The translations under genes and the position numbers were made by a program. This document shows positions 9,606-20,029 of a stretch of 64,000 nt of DNA, piece by piece. Source of the DNA: an uncultured Gemmatimonadales bacterium (GTDB lineage: Bacteria > Gemmatimonadota > Gemmatimonadetes > Longimicrobiales > Longimicrobiaceae); NCBI GenBank assembly GCA_963716255.1, contig OY970303.1, forward strand, positions 6,048,001-6,112,000, given 5' to 3'. The notes under the pieces are model-generated. The model was not told the origin of the DNA and searched no databases. It saw only the letters and a list, made by a program, of their open reading frames with translations. The first letter of the stretch is position 1, and every line of letters begins with the position of its first letter.

Positions 9606-9610
9606 GGGGG

Positions 9611-10507
9611 CTATTCGGCGTCGCCTTCAGATTGCAGGCCCTCGACAGGCATTTCCGCGGGTTCTCGCATCGCCATTCGACGAGCGCCGGGTAGTGGGTT
9701 AATAAGGTGGAGCAGACCCTTCTCCAGCACAGCTTGAGTGGCCGCGCTAGAAAATTCAGCGAAGTGCCCCAAGTAAGGGTCGAGCTCGTCGACCAATTCG
9801 TCGAAAAGCCCCCACTCCTCGTTTGCGGCCGCCTCCAAGATGCGATCGCATAGGATTCCGACCGCGAACATAAGTTCTAAGCGTTTGTAGTTCCATGTGC
9901 CTTCATGCAGGTGGTAGTACCCAATCGAATCGAGGGCACGACGATAGAGCCACTCGTCTTGTTCCTCTGTAAACCGCGGAACGGGTGCGCCGCTGCTTGA
10001 GTCGAAGCAGAGAAGCCGGCAGTCCCCTGCGATCACCGGGTCTAGGAGCACCGGCTCCTCCCGCGCTTCCGTGGCGCGGTCCTTCGCGCGGGTTTCCTCG
10101 TCCCGAAGAGGGAAGTAGCAGCCTTTCCCCGCCATCTTTTCGGTTGAGTGGTCCGGCCGACGCTTATTCACCAGCGGGTGAGCAAGGCGGAGGTTCTTCA
10201 GGTCGAATGCACGCCACCAATATCCCCCGTGCGGGGGCTTTGAACCCCACACCTTCTTCTTCGGCCTGTAGTGCTCCACCTCCCCTTCACCCGCCGCGAG
10301 TCGCACCTCGGAGTACCAGCACTTGCAACCACCGATGATCCATAGGGCGTATCGGAACGCGCTACACGCCTGCGCGTGATCGTTAATGTACTGCCGTCGC
10401 TCTGGATCGTTGCCGATACGCTGGATCTCACCAAGCGCGTCTTGTAGGGCGTCGAGTTGCTCCTGCCGGGCGATTCGGCGGATGTGTCCGAAGTCAATGA
10501 ATCTCAT
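9611..10507 (-). CDS. HNH endonuclease, PtuB-like
   Basis: KCWYSE…EVEHYRPK…GYWWRAFDLKNL…N…KGCYFPL…PVLLDP pattern of ATPase-partnered HNH nucleases. Confidence 0.75.
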   Translation of the reverse strand: MRFIDFGHIRRIARQEQLDALQDALGEIQRIGNDPERRQYINDHAQACSAFRYALWIIGGCKCWYSEVRLAAGEGEVEHYRPKKKVWGSKPPHGGYWWRAFDLKNLRLAHPLVNKRRPDHSTEKMAGKGCYFPLRDEETRAKDRATEAREEPVLLDPVIAGDCRLLCFDSSSGAPVPRFTEEQDEWLYRRALDSIGYYHLHEGTWNYKRLELMFAVGILCDRILEAAANEEWGLFDELVDELDPYLGHFAEFSSAATQAVLEKGLLHLINPLPGARRMAMREPAEMPVEGLQSEGDAE

Positions 10508-12179
10508 CCGCCCCCCGCCTCTGCAGCAGCCGCGTCGCGATTTTTTTCGCGACTTCCTTCCGCAGCCTCCAATCCGCAGTGTCGGGGGCCGGGACCGCCA
10601 GCTCAGGCTTTTCCTTCTGTGCTTCGGTTATTGCGCGGATGAACTCTAGGTACAGCGGGTCACGAGCGGCACGCGAGAAGTCCAGCTTGCCCAATTCGTG
10701 GTCCAATCGGGTGAGCTCCGAAAGTTCCTCATCGGACTTGTTCTCCTTCAGACCTAGCTCCCGCTTTCGGTCGAGAGCGGCGAGGGTCACGGGGTCAATG
10801 CCGGATCGCAGCCCGAAGAACTCACTGGTTAGGATCGCTTGGAACCCCATTCCGCGCGGTGAGGAGGTCGGGTGACGACTTGTTACCACACTGTTCTCGT
10901 CTTCGAGGAGCACCACTACCTCATCGCTCTCAAGTCCAGCGAACGTGAGTGGGCTGTGCGTGGTCATTATTATCTGGCTGCTGTCCTGCGGCTCAAAGCC
11001 GTACTCACGAAGGTTGCTTAGATAGTCTAGGCACCATGCCGGATTAAGGTGCGTATCGGGTTCGTCCAGCAGAAACAGACCCTCGCGCTGAGCGGTAAAT
11101 CGCATAAGCCCGATGATTGTCAGGAGCTGTTGTTCGCCCTCGCTCAACTCCTGGAACGTCACGGGTTCAGGTTGGTCCCGGATATTTACCCGGATCTGCA
11201 CGTCCTGTCCGTCAGTGCTGACAAGGTCGCTGAAGATTGTGCTCTCCAGACGAGCGAAGAATTCCTTGGACTCCAGTCCCTCAGCGAGCTTGCGCAATGT
11301 GCTCTCGTTCGGAACAAAGCAGTAGCGCATCCCGAACGTCTTCTCCTGGCCCAGGGAGATGCGCCGCTTCCGAGTCCCGGACATCGGCGCAAGCGAATGG
11401 CGGAATAGAGAGTCCAGGAACAGGGCGACCTTGCCGCCTGCGCGCCAAAAGCGCGCATCATCCGGACCTCCCGCGGTGCTTGGACGGTGGGTCTTGCTCC
11501 AGTATGGCTCGTGGAGCGCGAACAGAACCGACTTCAGACCCTCAATCCGGAATTCCTCGCGAAGGAACCGTTTGGCCTTCTCGTCACCCGCAGCGAAAAA
11601 TGAGAACAGGGCGAACTGGCTGTGGTGCGGCTTAGCGAGGAATAGAGGACGGAGCGGCGCCTCCTCTCCGGTGATCTGCTCGCGGTAGTACTTTTCCTCG
11701 TGCCAGGCGAAGGCTTGGTGAAAGCGCTCCGATACACCTGAATAATACCCGAACACGTAGTGGGGTAGCACTCGATCCGGGTTCACTTTCCCTTCGATGT
11801 TCCGGTTGCGCCGAAAGAACTGTGTCTGCGTGACCTTCTTGTACTCACGCGTCGTCGCATTCTCGCTCACCTGTCCATCAGCCTCCGCGATTTCATACGT
11901 ACGTACATACCGCTTCGGATCGTCAGTGGACCGCCGCTCCCGCTCCGTGGCCTCAACCCGGACGTAGTGGTTGTTGCAGTGGTACTCGATCTTATACGCG
12001 AATGTGGCTTCTTCTTCTGAACTCAGTTCTCGGAAGATCCACGCGAGTGCCTCAAGGAGGTTGGACTTGCCAACGCCATTACGGCCGACTACTACCTGGC
12101 GCGAACTCGTGATGTGGAAATCGACGTCGAAATTGCGCAGGTTCTTGTAGTCCTTGAGATAGAGAGCATCTACTCGCAA
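10494..12179 (-). CDS. ABC-type (AAA_21/AAA_15-like) ATPase, PtuA-like
   Basis: Walker A GRNGVGKSN, signature LSEGEQQ, Walker B LLDEPDTHLNP, H-loop TTHSP, C-terminal ILTSEFFGL. Confidence 0.88.
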   Translation of the reverse strand: MRVDALYLKDYKNLRNFDVDFHITSSRQVVVGRNGVGKSNLLEALAWIFRELSSEEEATFAYKIEYHCNNHYVRVEATERERRSTDDPKRYVRTYEIAEADGQVSENATTREYKKVTQTQFFRRNRNIEGKVNPDRVLPHYVFGYYSGVSERFHQAFAWHEEKYYREQITGEEAPLRPLFLAKPHHSQFALFSFFAAGDEKAKRFLREEFRIEGLKSVLFALHEPYWSKTHRPSTAGGPDDARFWRAGGKVALFLDSLFRHSLAPMSGTRKRRISLGQEKTFGMRYCFVPNESTLRKLAEGLESKEFFARLESTIFSDLVSTDGQDVQIRVNIRDQPEPVTFQELSEGEQQLLTIIGLMRFTAQREGLFLLDEPDTHLNPAWCLDYLSNLREYGFEPQDSSQIIMTTHSPLTFAGLESDEVVVLLEDENSVVTSRHPTSSPRGMGFQAILTSEFFGLRSGIDPVTLAALDRKRELGLKENKSDEELSELTRLDHELGKLDFSRAARDPLYLEFIRAITEAQKEKPELAVPAPDTADWRLRKEVAKKIATRLLQRRGADEIH

Positions 12180-12182
12180 TGG

Positions 12183-13976
12183 TCACCTCGATTTTAGGTG
12201 TAATAATACGCGTGCACCGTCTGGCCAGTTGAACGCATCGTCACCTCTGGGCTTCTCCTCTACCACCGAATCCCAAACGTCCGAGAGGCGAGCATAGAAC
12301 TCGTCCACCTCGCTAGCGGGGTAGTTCGCCGCGACAAGCAAATCTTCGGGGCTGATCCCGTCCGGGTGCTCCTTCAGGACTTCGAGTAGGGGCCGTCGTT
12401 TAGAGGCCGGCATCCGTTTCACTCGTTTGACAGGGGTTTGCTGCATCTGAGCGGCACGATCCTCTTCGCGCCTGGCGTGCAGCCGAGTCACAAGCGCGGA
12501 GACGGGTTCGTCCTCTTCCCAGGGTTCGGCCAACTCGCCGCGGAAGGCCCGGGCGAGCACCGACTCACGGAGCTGGGCGGCCCTAGCGAGTTCGCGATTG
12601 AGTTCGTGCTTTGTCGCTTTCAGTGCTTCGAGTTGATGCTCTACCTCCTCTACAATCGCGCGCTGCTCAGCCACCGGGGCAAGTGCCACTGGAACACGCG
12701 CGAGGCGCTTCGCACCGAGGTGGTTGATTCCCACGCCACCGGAGAGTGTCGCGAAGACACGATTGAAGTAGCAGTGCTGCAGGAGCACCAGCACATACTC
12801 GCTCTCCACCAGCACGGGCCGCAGCCGGATAACTGTGTTCTGGAAACAGCACACCGGCAGTTCATCCCGCCAGATCGCCGGTTTGCCAACCTGATCCGGA
12901 CTCCCCGAGGCCTCCGACACAATTAAGTCGCCAGCGCGGAGTCGGTACGTCAAGCGCTCCTGCGGCGGGAAGTCCATCTCAAGGACGTCAGACAGGTCTA
13001 ACCCGTCCTCCGTGATGTTTGCGGCGCGAAGGTACGGTGTCGCGTGCGCCTTCGCTCGGTTGGCCGGGTTCTTGGCGCGCCCGAGCCGGACCTCGCACAG
13101 TTGCCCCAGCGTCGCCCAGGTCCACCGCTCCGGGAGGTCCGGGAGGGAGGCAACGTAGGGTTGGGCCGGCTCCTCGTATCCGCTGGTGAGCGCCGGGAGC
13201 AGTGTACCCTGCGCGCCGTCGTGCGTTTCCACGGCGCGTTGCCTGCGCACGCGGAGGATCTCCTCCAGAATGTCCTCAGCGGCCACTCCGCCGGTCGGCG
13301 TCCGTAGAGCACGGCTCAGTTGGCCCGTCACTGCAGCCTGAAGCACGGACGCACGGAACCGCGTGAGGTCCTCGGCCGCGACGCCGAGGGCGGTAACCCC
13401 GCCCTCGATGTCGGCGAGGGAGATCGCAAGGGCTTCCACGATTCGCCCCTGCTCCGCAAGGGGTGGGAGCGGCACGGTGAGCGCGCCGAGTTGAGCGGCC
13501 GAGATGCTGGAGAAGGTTGAGCCGGTGCCTGTGGCAAACAGCTGATTCCTCTGCGAGGCCACATAATGGTTTATATACGGCTGGCACTCGTACGCCCGTA
13601 CAGCGGCCACTCCACGCCCAATGCACGCGCGAAAGTTGGCGACGTTCGTCCTTCCCGTCGTCGACCCGCGAACGCAAACCAGGAGATCCCCCGGCGCGCA
13701 GAATTTGGACGGGCTATCGGTAAACTGTTGTGTGGTAGGATGGTCGAGGGGTCCCGGGCCGAACTCCGTCGGTCCATTGATTAGTGGCTCTCCTCTGCCC
13801 ACCGAGTTGTAAGACGTGCCGGGAGGACTATTCCCCATCACGATCTCAGCGATGTCACCGAGGCGAACCCACTTCCAACCTTGTGGCAGCAGACTCTCGC
13901 CCGTCGGGGCACCACCATCATCACGCCCACCCTTTTCTTTCCCTGCGAACGGATCGTCTCGAGTGCGGGCGCTCAT
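12183..13976 (-). CDS. hsdS: Type I restriction-modification specificity subunit S with C-terminal extension
   Basis: Two TRD repeats (LPQGWKWVRLGDI…PLPPLAEQ; LPERWTWATLGQL…APVAEQ), SVLQAAVTGQL and VLARAFRGEL conserved regions. Confidence 0.9.
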   Translation of the reverse strand: MSARTRDDPFAGKEKGGRDDGGAPTGESLLPQGWKWVRLGDIAEIVMGNSPPGTSYNSVGRGEPLINGPTEFGPGPLDHPTTQQFTDSPSKFCAPGDLLVCVRGSTTGRTNVANFRACIGRGVAAVRAYECQPYINHYVASQRNQLFATGTGSTFSSISAAQLGALTVPLPPLAEQGRIVEALAISLADIEGGVTALGVAAEDLTRFRASVLQAAVTGQLSRALRTPTGGVAAEDILEEILRVRRQRAVETHDGAQGTLLPALTSGYEEPAQPYVASLPDLPERWTWATLGQLCEVRLGRAKNPANRAKAHATPYLRAANITEDGLDLSDVLEMDFPPQERLTYRLRAGDLIVSEASGSPDQVGKPAIWRDELPVCCFQNTVIRLRPVLVESEYVLVLLQHCYFNRVFATLSGGVGINHLGAKRLARVPVALAPVAEQRAIVEEVEHQLEALKATKHELNRELARAAQLRESVLARAFRGELAEPWEEDEPVSALVTRLHARREEDRAAQMQQTPVKRVKRMPASKRRPLLEVLKEHPDGISPEDLLVAANYPASEVDEFYARLSDVWDSVVEEKPRGDDAFNWPDGARVLLHLKSR

Positions 13977-14119
13977 ACCTGTCCGTGAGGATATCGATTT
14001 CGTCTCCAGTGCACTATGGGATGCTCGTCATAGGCACCAACCGAGTTGGTCGAGGATCATTATATTTCCCACGAGGCACTCCTGTCATCGCTACACAGCG
14101 ACGCCAATATGGAGTACTA

Positions 14120-14560
14120 TTATATGCGCCCCGTCGAGCCGAACCCGCCGGTCCCTCGCTCCGTGGCGCCCACCTCCTCCGTTTCCACGATCTCCGGCGT
14201 GGCGAAGCGCGCGAAGACCAGCTGCGCGATCCGCGTTCCCCGCGGGATGGGCACCGCCTCGCTCCCGGCGTTCCACACGATCACCTTGAGCTCGCCGCGG
14301 TAGTCCGGGTCGATGGTGGCCGGCGAGTTGGGCAGGGTGATGCCGTGGCGCAGCGCCAGCCCGGAGCGCGGCCTCACCTGGCACTCCACCCCCTCCGGCA
14401 GCTCCATCGCCAGCCCCGTGGCGACCAGCCGCCGCTCCCCCGCCGCCAGCACGAAGTCCGCCTCCGCCGAGGCCACGTCGAACCCCGCCGAGCCGGCCGT
14501 CTGGCGCGCGGGGAGCGGGAGGTCGGGGTTGTGCGGGAGGCGCTGGAAGCGGACGATCAT
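14120..14560 (-). CDS. dut: dUTP diphosphatase
   Basis: [36 protein letters not shown]. Confidence 0.95.
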   Translation of the reverse strand: MIVRFQRLPHNPDLPLPARQTAGSAGFDVASAEADFVLAAGERRLVATGLAMELPEGVECQVRPRSGLALRHGITLPNSPATIDPDYRGELKVIVWNAGSEAVPIPRGTRIAQLVFARFATPEIVETEEVGATERGTGGFGSTGRI

Positions 14561-14565
14561 GGGGG

Positions 14566-14594
14566 GAGTGCGAAAGTGCGGGAGTGCGAAAGTG
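14566..14594. repeat. Short tandem octamer repeat (AGTGCGRR)n
   Basis: GAGTGCGAAAGTGCGGGAGTGCGAAAGTG; the reverse-complement version recurs at 33770-33783. Confidence 0.6.
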
Positions 14595-14642
14595 AACGGC
14601 ACGGCATCGCGGTTCGGAGCCGTTCGCCGTTGCCGTTCCCCA

Positions 14643-14803
14643 TAGTTCCCGGAATATGTACAGGGGGAGACTCGCCGGCAGTTTGGCGAGGCTCCCCCCG
14701 GCGTAGGGAAACCCGGGGGCAGTTTCCCGGGGTTCCCGGAGCCCGCGGAGGAGACCGGCAGCAGTACCGCCGGGCTCCGCAGCGGCCCCCCGCAGCGGAA
14801 CTA
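14643..14803 (-). other. Multi-hairpin structured element between ald and dut
   Basis: On the minus strand TAGTTCC/GGAACTA close a region with three stems, two of them with AAACTGCC loops. Confidence 0.55.
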
Positions 14804-15919
14804 CGCCGAAAGCACCTGCTCCACCGGCGTGTACTCCAGCCCGAACGCCTCCGCCACGCCCGGGTACACCACCTTGCCGCCCACGATGTTCAGCCCCAGC
14901 AGCAGCGACCGGTCGTCCCTGACCGCCGCCTGCCACCCCTTGTTCGCCAGCCGCATCGCGTACGGGAACGTCGCGTTCGTGAGCGCCAGCGTGGACGTGC
15001 GCGGCACCCCGCCCGGCATGTTGGCCACGCCGTAGTGGATCACGCCGTCGATCTCGTAGATCGGGTTCTCGTGCGTGGTCGGGCGGATCGTCTCCACGCA
15101 GCCGCCCTGGTCCACCGCCACGTCCACGATCACCGAGCCGTTCTTCATCCGCTTCAGGTCCTCGCGCAGCACCAGCTTGGGCGCCTTTGCGCCGGGGAGG
15201 AGCACCGCGCCCACCACCAGGTCCGCCACCTCCAGCTTCTCCAGGATGTTGTGCCGGTTGGAGTAGATCAGCTCCACGTTGGCCGGCATCACGTCCGACA
15301 GGTAGCGCAGGCGGTCCAGCGACAGGTCCATGATGGTGACCCGGGCCCCGAAGCCCGCCGCCATCTTGGCCGCGTTGGTCCCCACCACGCCCCCGCCGAT
15401 GACGAGCACCTGCGCCGGCGCCACGCCCGGGACGCCGCCCAGGAGCATGCCGCGCCCGCCGTAGAACTTCTCCAGGTACTTGGCGCCCGCCTGGATGGAC
15501 ATGCGCCCCGCCACCTCGCTCATGGGCGTCAGCAGCGGCAGCTCGCCGTTGGGGAGCTGAACCGTCTCGTAGGCGATCGCCACCGCGTTGGACTTGATGA
15601 GCGCCTGCGTGAGCGCCTCGTCCGCCGCGAAGTGGAAGTAGGTGAAGAGAACCTGGTTCTCGCGGATCCGCGGGTACTCCACGGCGATGGGCTCCTTCAC
15701 CTTCATGATCATCTCGGCGCGCGCCCACACGTCGTCGACGCTCTCCAGGATCTGCGCCCCGACGGCCGTGTACTCGGCGTCGGTGAAGCCGCTCCCCTCG
15801 CCCGCGCCCTGCTCCACGAACACGGTGTGGCCCGCCTTGACCAGCGACTCCGCGCCCGCCGGCACGAGGGCGATGCGGTTCTCGTTGGTCTTGATCTCCT
15901 TCGGAACGCCGATAAGCAT
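14801..15919 (-). CDS. ald: Alanine dehydrogenase
   Basis: IGVPKEIK…[43 protein letters not shown]. Confidence 0.96.
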   Translation of the reverse strand: MLIGVPKEIKTNENRIALVPAGAESLVKAGHTVFVEQGAGEGSGFTDAEYTAVGAQILESVDDVWARAEMIMKVKEPIAVEYPRIRENQVLFTYFHFAADEALTQALIKSNAVAIAYETVQLPNGELPLLTPMSEVAGRMSIQAGAKYLEKFYGGRGMLLGGVPGVAPAQVLVIGGGVVGTNAAKMAAGFGARVTIMDLSLDRLRYLSDVMPANVELIYSNRHNILEKLEVADLVVGAVLLPGAKAPKLVLREDLKRMKNGSVIVDVAVDQGGCVETIRPTTHENPIYEIDGVIHYGVANMPGGVPRTSTLALTNATFPYAMRLANKGWQAAVRDDRSLLLGLNIVGGKVVYPGVAEAFGLEYTPVEQVLSA

Positions 15920-16056
15920 AGGACTGGTACGCGTCTAGAGATTGAGGGCAGCGTCCGATTCACCCGCTTTCGGACGGACGGGGGACAATATGGCACCTCC
16001 GTCCACGTTGCGCGAGTGCGGCGAGCAGGAGGGATCAGGAACGGCTTTGAAGGGAC

Positions 16057-16192
16057 GGGTTCGGGCGTGCCCCCCGGGGGGCGCGGGGGTCGGGCTTCGG
16101 CTCCGTAAGCGAGCAAACCACGCTCGCTAACGGAGTCGAGCCCGCGCAAACAGCCGCGCGGTCTCGACCCTTCGGGCCGAAATCCCTCACGC
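16057..16192 (+). repeat. Structured intergenic repeat copy 2
   Basis: GGGTTCGGGCGTG…GGTCGGGCTTCGGCTCCGT…ACGGAGTCGAG…CTTCGGGCCGAAATCCCTCACGC. Confidence 0.92.
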
Positions 16193-16260
16193 GGGGTGCG
16201 GCGTGGCGGCAGGGGGCTCGGTGACGGCTTCCGGATTCGCTCCGACCGCCCGGAAACGGG

Positions 16261-16300
16261 AACGGGCGGGCGCGCCCCGGTGGCACGCCCGCCCGTTTTT
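16261..16300. terminator. Hairpin downstream of pnp, probable intrinsic terminator
   Basis: AACGGGCGGGCG…CGCCCGCCCGTTTTT inverted repeat. Confidence 0.55.
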
Positions 16301-16324
16301 CGCAGCTCCCTTACCGGGGGAGGA

Positions 16325-18436
16325 CTACCCCTCGGCGGGCGCCGGGCCCGAGCCCATCTCGGCCAGGGCGGCCTTGCGGGAAAGGCGCAGGCGGCCCTTC
16401 TCGTCGATGGACAGCAGCTTGACGTGGACCACGTCGCCCTTCTTGACCACGTCCTCCGTCTTGTCCACCCGGCCGTCCTGCAGCTCGGAGATGTGCACCA
16501 GCCCCTCGGTGCCGGGGAGGATCTCCACGAAGGCGCCGAAGGTGGTGGTGCTCTTCACCACGCCCTCGTACACCCGGCCGACCTCGGGCTCCTCGGTGAT
16601 CGCCGCGATCATCTTCCGCGCGCGCTCGCCGCCCTCGCCCGAGACCGAAGCGATGGTCACGGTGCCGTCGTCGTCCACGTTGATCGTGGCGCCGGTGGCC
16701 TCCTGGATCCCGCGGATCGTCTTGCCCTTGGGCCCGATGATCTCGCCGATCTTGGCCGGGTTGATCTTGATGGTGATGATCCGCGGCGCGTAGCGCGACA
16801 GCTCGGAGCGGGCCTCGGGGAGCGCCTTCTCCATCTCGCCGAGGATGTGCATCCGCGCGCGGTTCGCCTTCTGCAGCGCGTCGCGCATCAGCTCCACCGT
16901 GAGCCCCTCGATCTTGATGTCCATCTGGATCGAGGTGACGCCCTCGCGGGTGCCGGCCACCTTGAAGTCCATGTCGCCGAGCGCGTCCTCCATCCCCAGG
17001 ATGTCGGTGAGCACCGCGACCCGGTCGCCCTCCTTGATGAGCCCCATCGCCACGCCCGCCACCGCGGCGCGCACCGGCACGCCCGCGTCCATCAGCGCCA
17101 GCGAGCCCGAGCACACCGTCGCCATGGACGACGAGCCGTTGGACTCCAGCACGTCGGAGACGATGCGGATGGTGTACGGGAACTCCTCGTACGGCGGGAG
17201 CAGCGGCTCCAGCGCCCGCTCCGCCAGCGCGCCGTGCCCGATCTCGCGGCGGCTGGTGCCGCGCATGGGCTTCACCTCGCCGGTGGAGAAGGGCGGGAAG
17301 TTGTAGTGGAGCATGAACGACTTGGTCTGCTCCGTGGGCGAGTCGATGCTTTCCACGCGCTGCTCGTCGCCCTGCGTCCCCAGCGTCGCCACGCCCAGCG
17401 CCTGCGTCTGCCCGCGCGTGAAGAGCGCCGAGCCGTGCGCGCGCGGGAGAATGCCCACGTCGATGCTGATGGGGCGCACCTCGTCCAGCCCGCGGCCGTC
17501 CGAGCGCTTGCCGGTGGACAGGATCATCTCGCGCATCGCGCGCTTCTCCAGGTCCTTGAACACCGAGCCCACCGACGGCTCGATCCCCTCGAGCTCGGCC
17601 ACCAGCTGCGCCACCACCTCGGCGCGGATGCCTTCCAGCGCCGTGTTGCGCTCGGCCTTGTCGGCGATGCGCATGGCCTCGTCCACCCGGTCGCCGGCCG
17701 CGCCCTCGATCTTCTGGCGGATCTCCGGGTCGATCTGCTTGGGCGTCCACTTCATCGTGGCGGGGATCTCGATCTCCGCCAGGAGCTCCTTCTGGATGCG
17801 GATCAGCTCGCGGATGCCGTCGTGCGCCACCAGCAGCCCCTCGGCGATCTCCTCCTCGGGCACTTCCAGGGCGCCGCCCTCCACCATGGTGATCGCGCTC
17901 TCGGAGCCCGAGACCACGATGTCCAAGTCGGAGTACTCCAGCTGCTGGAAGGTGGGGTTCAGCACCCACTGCCCCTGGATGCGCCCGATGCGAACCGCCG
18001 CCACCGTCTCGGCGAAGGGGATGCGGCTGGCGTTCAGCGCGAACGACGCGCCGGTCAGCGCGATCACGTCGGCGTCGTTCTCCTGGTCGGCGGAGATGAC
18101 GTACACGAAGATCTGCGTCTCGTTGGCGAACCCGTCGGGGAAGAGGGGCCGCAGCGGGCGGTCGATGAGCCGCGCGGACAGGATCTCCTTGTCCGAGGGG
18201 CGGCCCTCACGCTTGATGAAGCCGCCCGGGATCTTCCCCGCCGCGTAGGTGCGCTCCCGGTACTCCACCGTCAGGGGGAAGAAGGGGAGGTGGGTGGGGT
18301 TGTCCTGCGCCGTCGCCGTGCACAGCACCATCGTCTCGCCGAACTGCACCACACAGGAGCCGTCCGCCTGCCGGGCCATCTTGCCCGTCTCGATGGCGAG
18401 CGTACGTCCCGCGAACTGTCTCTCGATCTTTGCCAT
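16325..18436 (-). CDS. pnp: Polyribonucleotide nucleotidyltransferase
   Basis: [48 protein letters not shown] and S1 domains. Confidence 0.97.
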   Translation of the reverse strand: MAKIERQFAGRTLAIETGKMARQADGSCVVQFGETMVLCTATAQDNPTHLPFFPLTVEYRERTYAAGKIPGGFIKREGRPSDKEILSARLIDRPLRPLFPDGFANETQIFVYVISADQENDADVIALTGASFALNASRIPFAETVAAVRIGRIQGQWVLNPTFQQLEYSDLDIVVSGSESAITMVEGGALEVPEEEIAEGLLVAHDGIRELIRIQKELLAEIEIPATMKWTPKQIDPEIRQKIEGAAGDRVDEAMRIADKAERNTALEGIRAEVVAQLVAELEGIEPSVGSVFKDLEKRAMREMILSTGKRSDGRGLDEVRPISIDVGILPRAHGSALFTRGQTQALGVATLGTQGDEQRVESIDSPTEQTKSFMLHYNFPPFSTGEVKPMRGTSRREIGHGALAERALEPLLPPYEEFPYTIRIVSDVLESNGSSSMATVCSGSLALMDAGVPVRAAVAGVAMGLIKEGDRVAVLTDILGMEDALGDMDFKVAGTREGVTSIQMDIKIEGLTVELMRDALQKANRARMHILGEMEKALPEARSELSRYAPRIITIKINPAKIGEIIGPKGKTIRGIQEATGATINVDDDGTVTIASVSGEGGERARKMIAAITEEPEVGRVYEGVVKSTTTFGAFVEILPGTEGLVHISELQDGRVDKTEDVVKKGDVVHVKLLSIDEKGRLRLSRKAALAEMGSGPAPAEG

Positions 18437-18549
18437 TCTCTTTGCTCTCTTTTCCGTCTTCGGGTTGCTGGGGGGCCGCACAGGGGCCCGCGCTCCCCCA
18501 CGCACGCGGGCTTTGCTTTCCGGGAATTCCGGTAGTTTTCCGCTCGATC

Positions 18550-18598
18550 AAAAAACGCGCGAACGCCGCACGGGACATGCCCGTGCGGCGCTCGCGAC
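18550..18598 (-). terminator. Intrinsic terminator after rpsO
   Basis: GC hairpin GCCGCACGGG/CCCGTGCGGC followed by a T tract on the minus strand. Confidence 0.65.
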
Positions 18599-18650
18599 GA
18601 TCAGACGGCCGGCGTGTAAACGATTGTTCCGCTCGCGGGCCGTCGCCGCA

Positions 18651-18914
18651 TCAATGCCGAAGCCCCAGGTCCGCGATCAGCGCGCGGTAGCCTTCGAGGT
18701 CGTTCTTCTTCATGTACGTCAGGAGCCGGCGGCGCTGGCCCACCATCTTGAGCAGGCCCTGGCGCGAGTGGTGGTCCTTCTTGTGCGCCCGGAAGTGCCC
18801 GGTCAGGTGGTTGATGCGCGCCGTGAGGAGCGCGATCTGCAGCCGGGTGGAGCCACGGTCGGTCTCGTGGGTCCGGTACTTGGTGATGATTGCGTCGCGG
18901 TCGATGGTCGCCAT
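18651..18914 (-). CDS. rpsO: 30S ribosomal protein S15
   Basis: DRGST..QIALLT.RI..LT.H…[20 protein letters not shown]. Confidence 0.97.
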   Translation of the reverse strand: MATIDRDAIITKYRTHETDRGSTRLQIALLTARINHLTGHFRAHKKDHHSRQGLLKMVGQRRRLLTYMKKNDLEGYRALIADLGLRH

Positions 18915-19010
18915 GCGAGTCGGTACCTCCAGAAGAGTCTATGCTGGTCAGGAAGTGAACCGATCCTTCGAGCTGCCTGAAACCTCTCGGGGATCAAATT
19001 GCACAAGCCC

Positions 19011-20029
19011 TCATAATAACCCCGCGGCGCCGTCCGCACAAGCCGTGGGGCCGCTCTCGCCCCGCAGCAGCGCCCGCCCGTCGGTCTCGTCGCGGCGCAT
19101 CTGCTCCACCAGCGCGTCCGCGGAATCGAAGGCGAGCACGCCGCGGATGCGCGCGCAGAACTCCACCCGCACGCGCCGGCCGTACAGGTCGCCCCTCCAG
19201 TCCATCAGGTAAAGCTCCACGCGCGGCTCCCCGCTCCCGAAGGTGGGTCGCGGGCCCAGGTGCAGGAGCCCGGGGACCGGCTCGCCGTCCACCCGGCCGC
19301 GCACCGCGTAGATCCCCTCCGCCGGGAGCATCTTGTCCGCGTCGCCCAGGGCGAGGTTGGCGGTGGGAAAGCCCAGCGTGCGGCCCAGCTTCTCGCCGTG
19401 CACCACCAGGCCCTCCAGCGAGTACGGGCGCCCCAGCCCGCGGGCCGCCGCCGCCACGTCCCCCGCGGCGAGGGCGCGGCGGATGCTCGACGACGAGTAC
19501 GGCTCGCCGCCCCCGCCCACCGCCTCCACCACGTCCACCGCGAAGCCCAGCTCCGCCCCGATCTCGCGCAGCGTGTCCACGCCCCCCTCGCGTCCGCGCC
19601 CGAAGCCGTGGTCGTAGCCGATCACCAGCTCCTCCATGCGCAGCCGCCCGATGAGGATCTCCTCCACGAAGCGGCGCGCCGGGTACTCGCGCAGCACCGG
19701 CGTGAAGGGAAGGAACACGGCGTACTGCAGCCCCGACTCCGCCAGCACCTCGCGCTTCTCCGCGGGGGTGGTGAGCAGGGGGGGGCGTCCTGCGGGCGGA
19801 CCACGCGCAGCGGGTGCGGATGGAAGGTCGCCAGCACGCTGCGGCGCCCGGTGCGCTCCGCCCGCCGCACGATCTCCTGCAGCACCTCCCAGTGCCCCCG
19901 GTGCACCCCGTCGAAGGTGCCCACCGTGACGATGGACCCACGCCCGTCCGCCGGGATGGGGGGCGGGAGGGCAGGGTCCACGGCGAACGCGGCCGGTCCG
20001 CCCCCTCCGTGCGCGGCGCCGAAGGTCAC
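19011..20029 (-). CDS. ribF: Bifunctional riboflavin kinase/FAD synthetase, frameshifted at the G8 run near 19778-19785
   Basis: GTFDGVHRGH…TFHPHP in one frame; LLTTPAEK…GYDHGFG…SSSSIR…GFPTAN in another; one G short of an intact frame. Confidence 0.9.

Larger units (their letters stand above)
8040..14119. other. Lower-GC defence island between pgeF and dut
   Basis: Visibly higher A/T content and atypical codon usage than the flanks; four co-oriented defence-type genes; no integrase seen; boundaries approximate. Confidence 0.75.

Noticed and set aside
9611..14119. Retron (PtuAB-type) system
   Set aside because: No reverse transcriptase in the island, and no msr/msd inverted repeats identifiable in 13977-14119
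18915..19010. S15 autoregulatory leader upstream of rpsO
   Set aside because: Plausible by position, but no structure could be supported by eye
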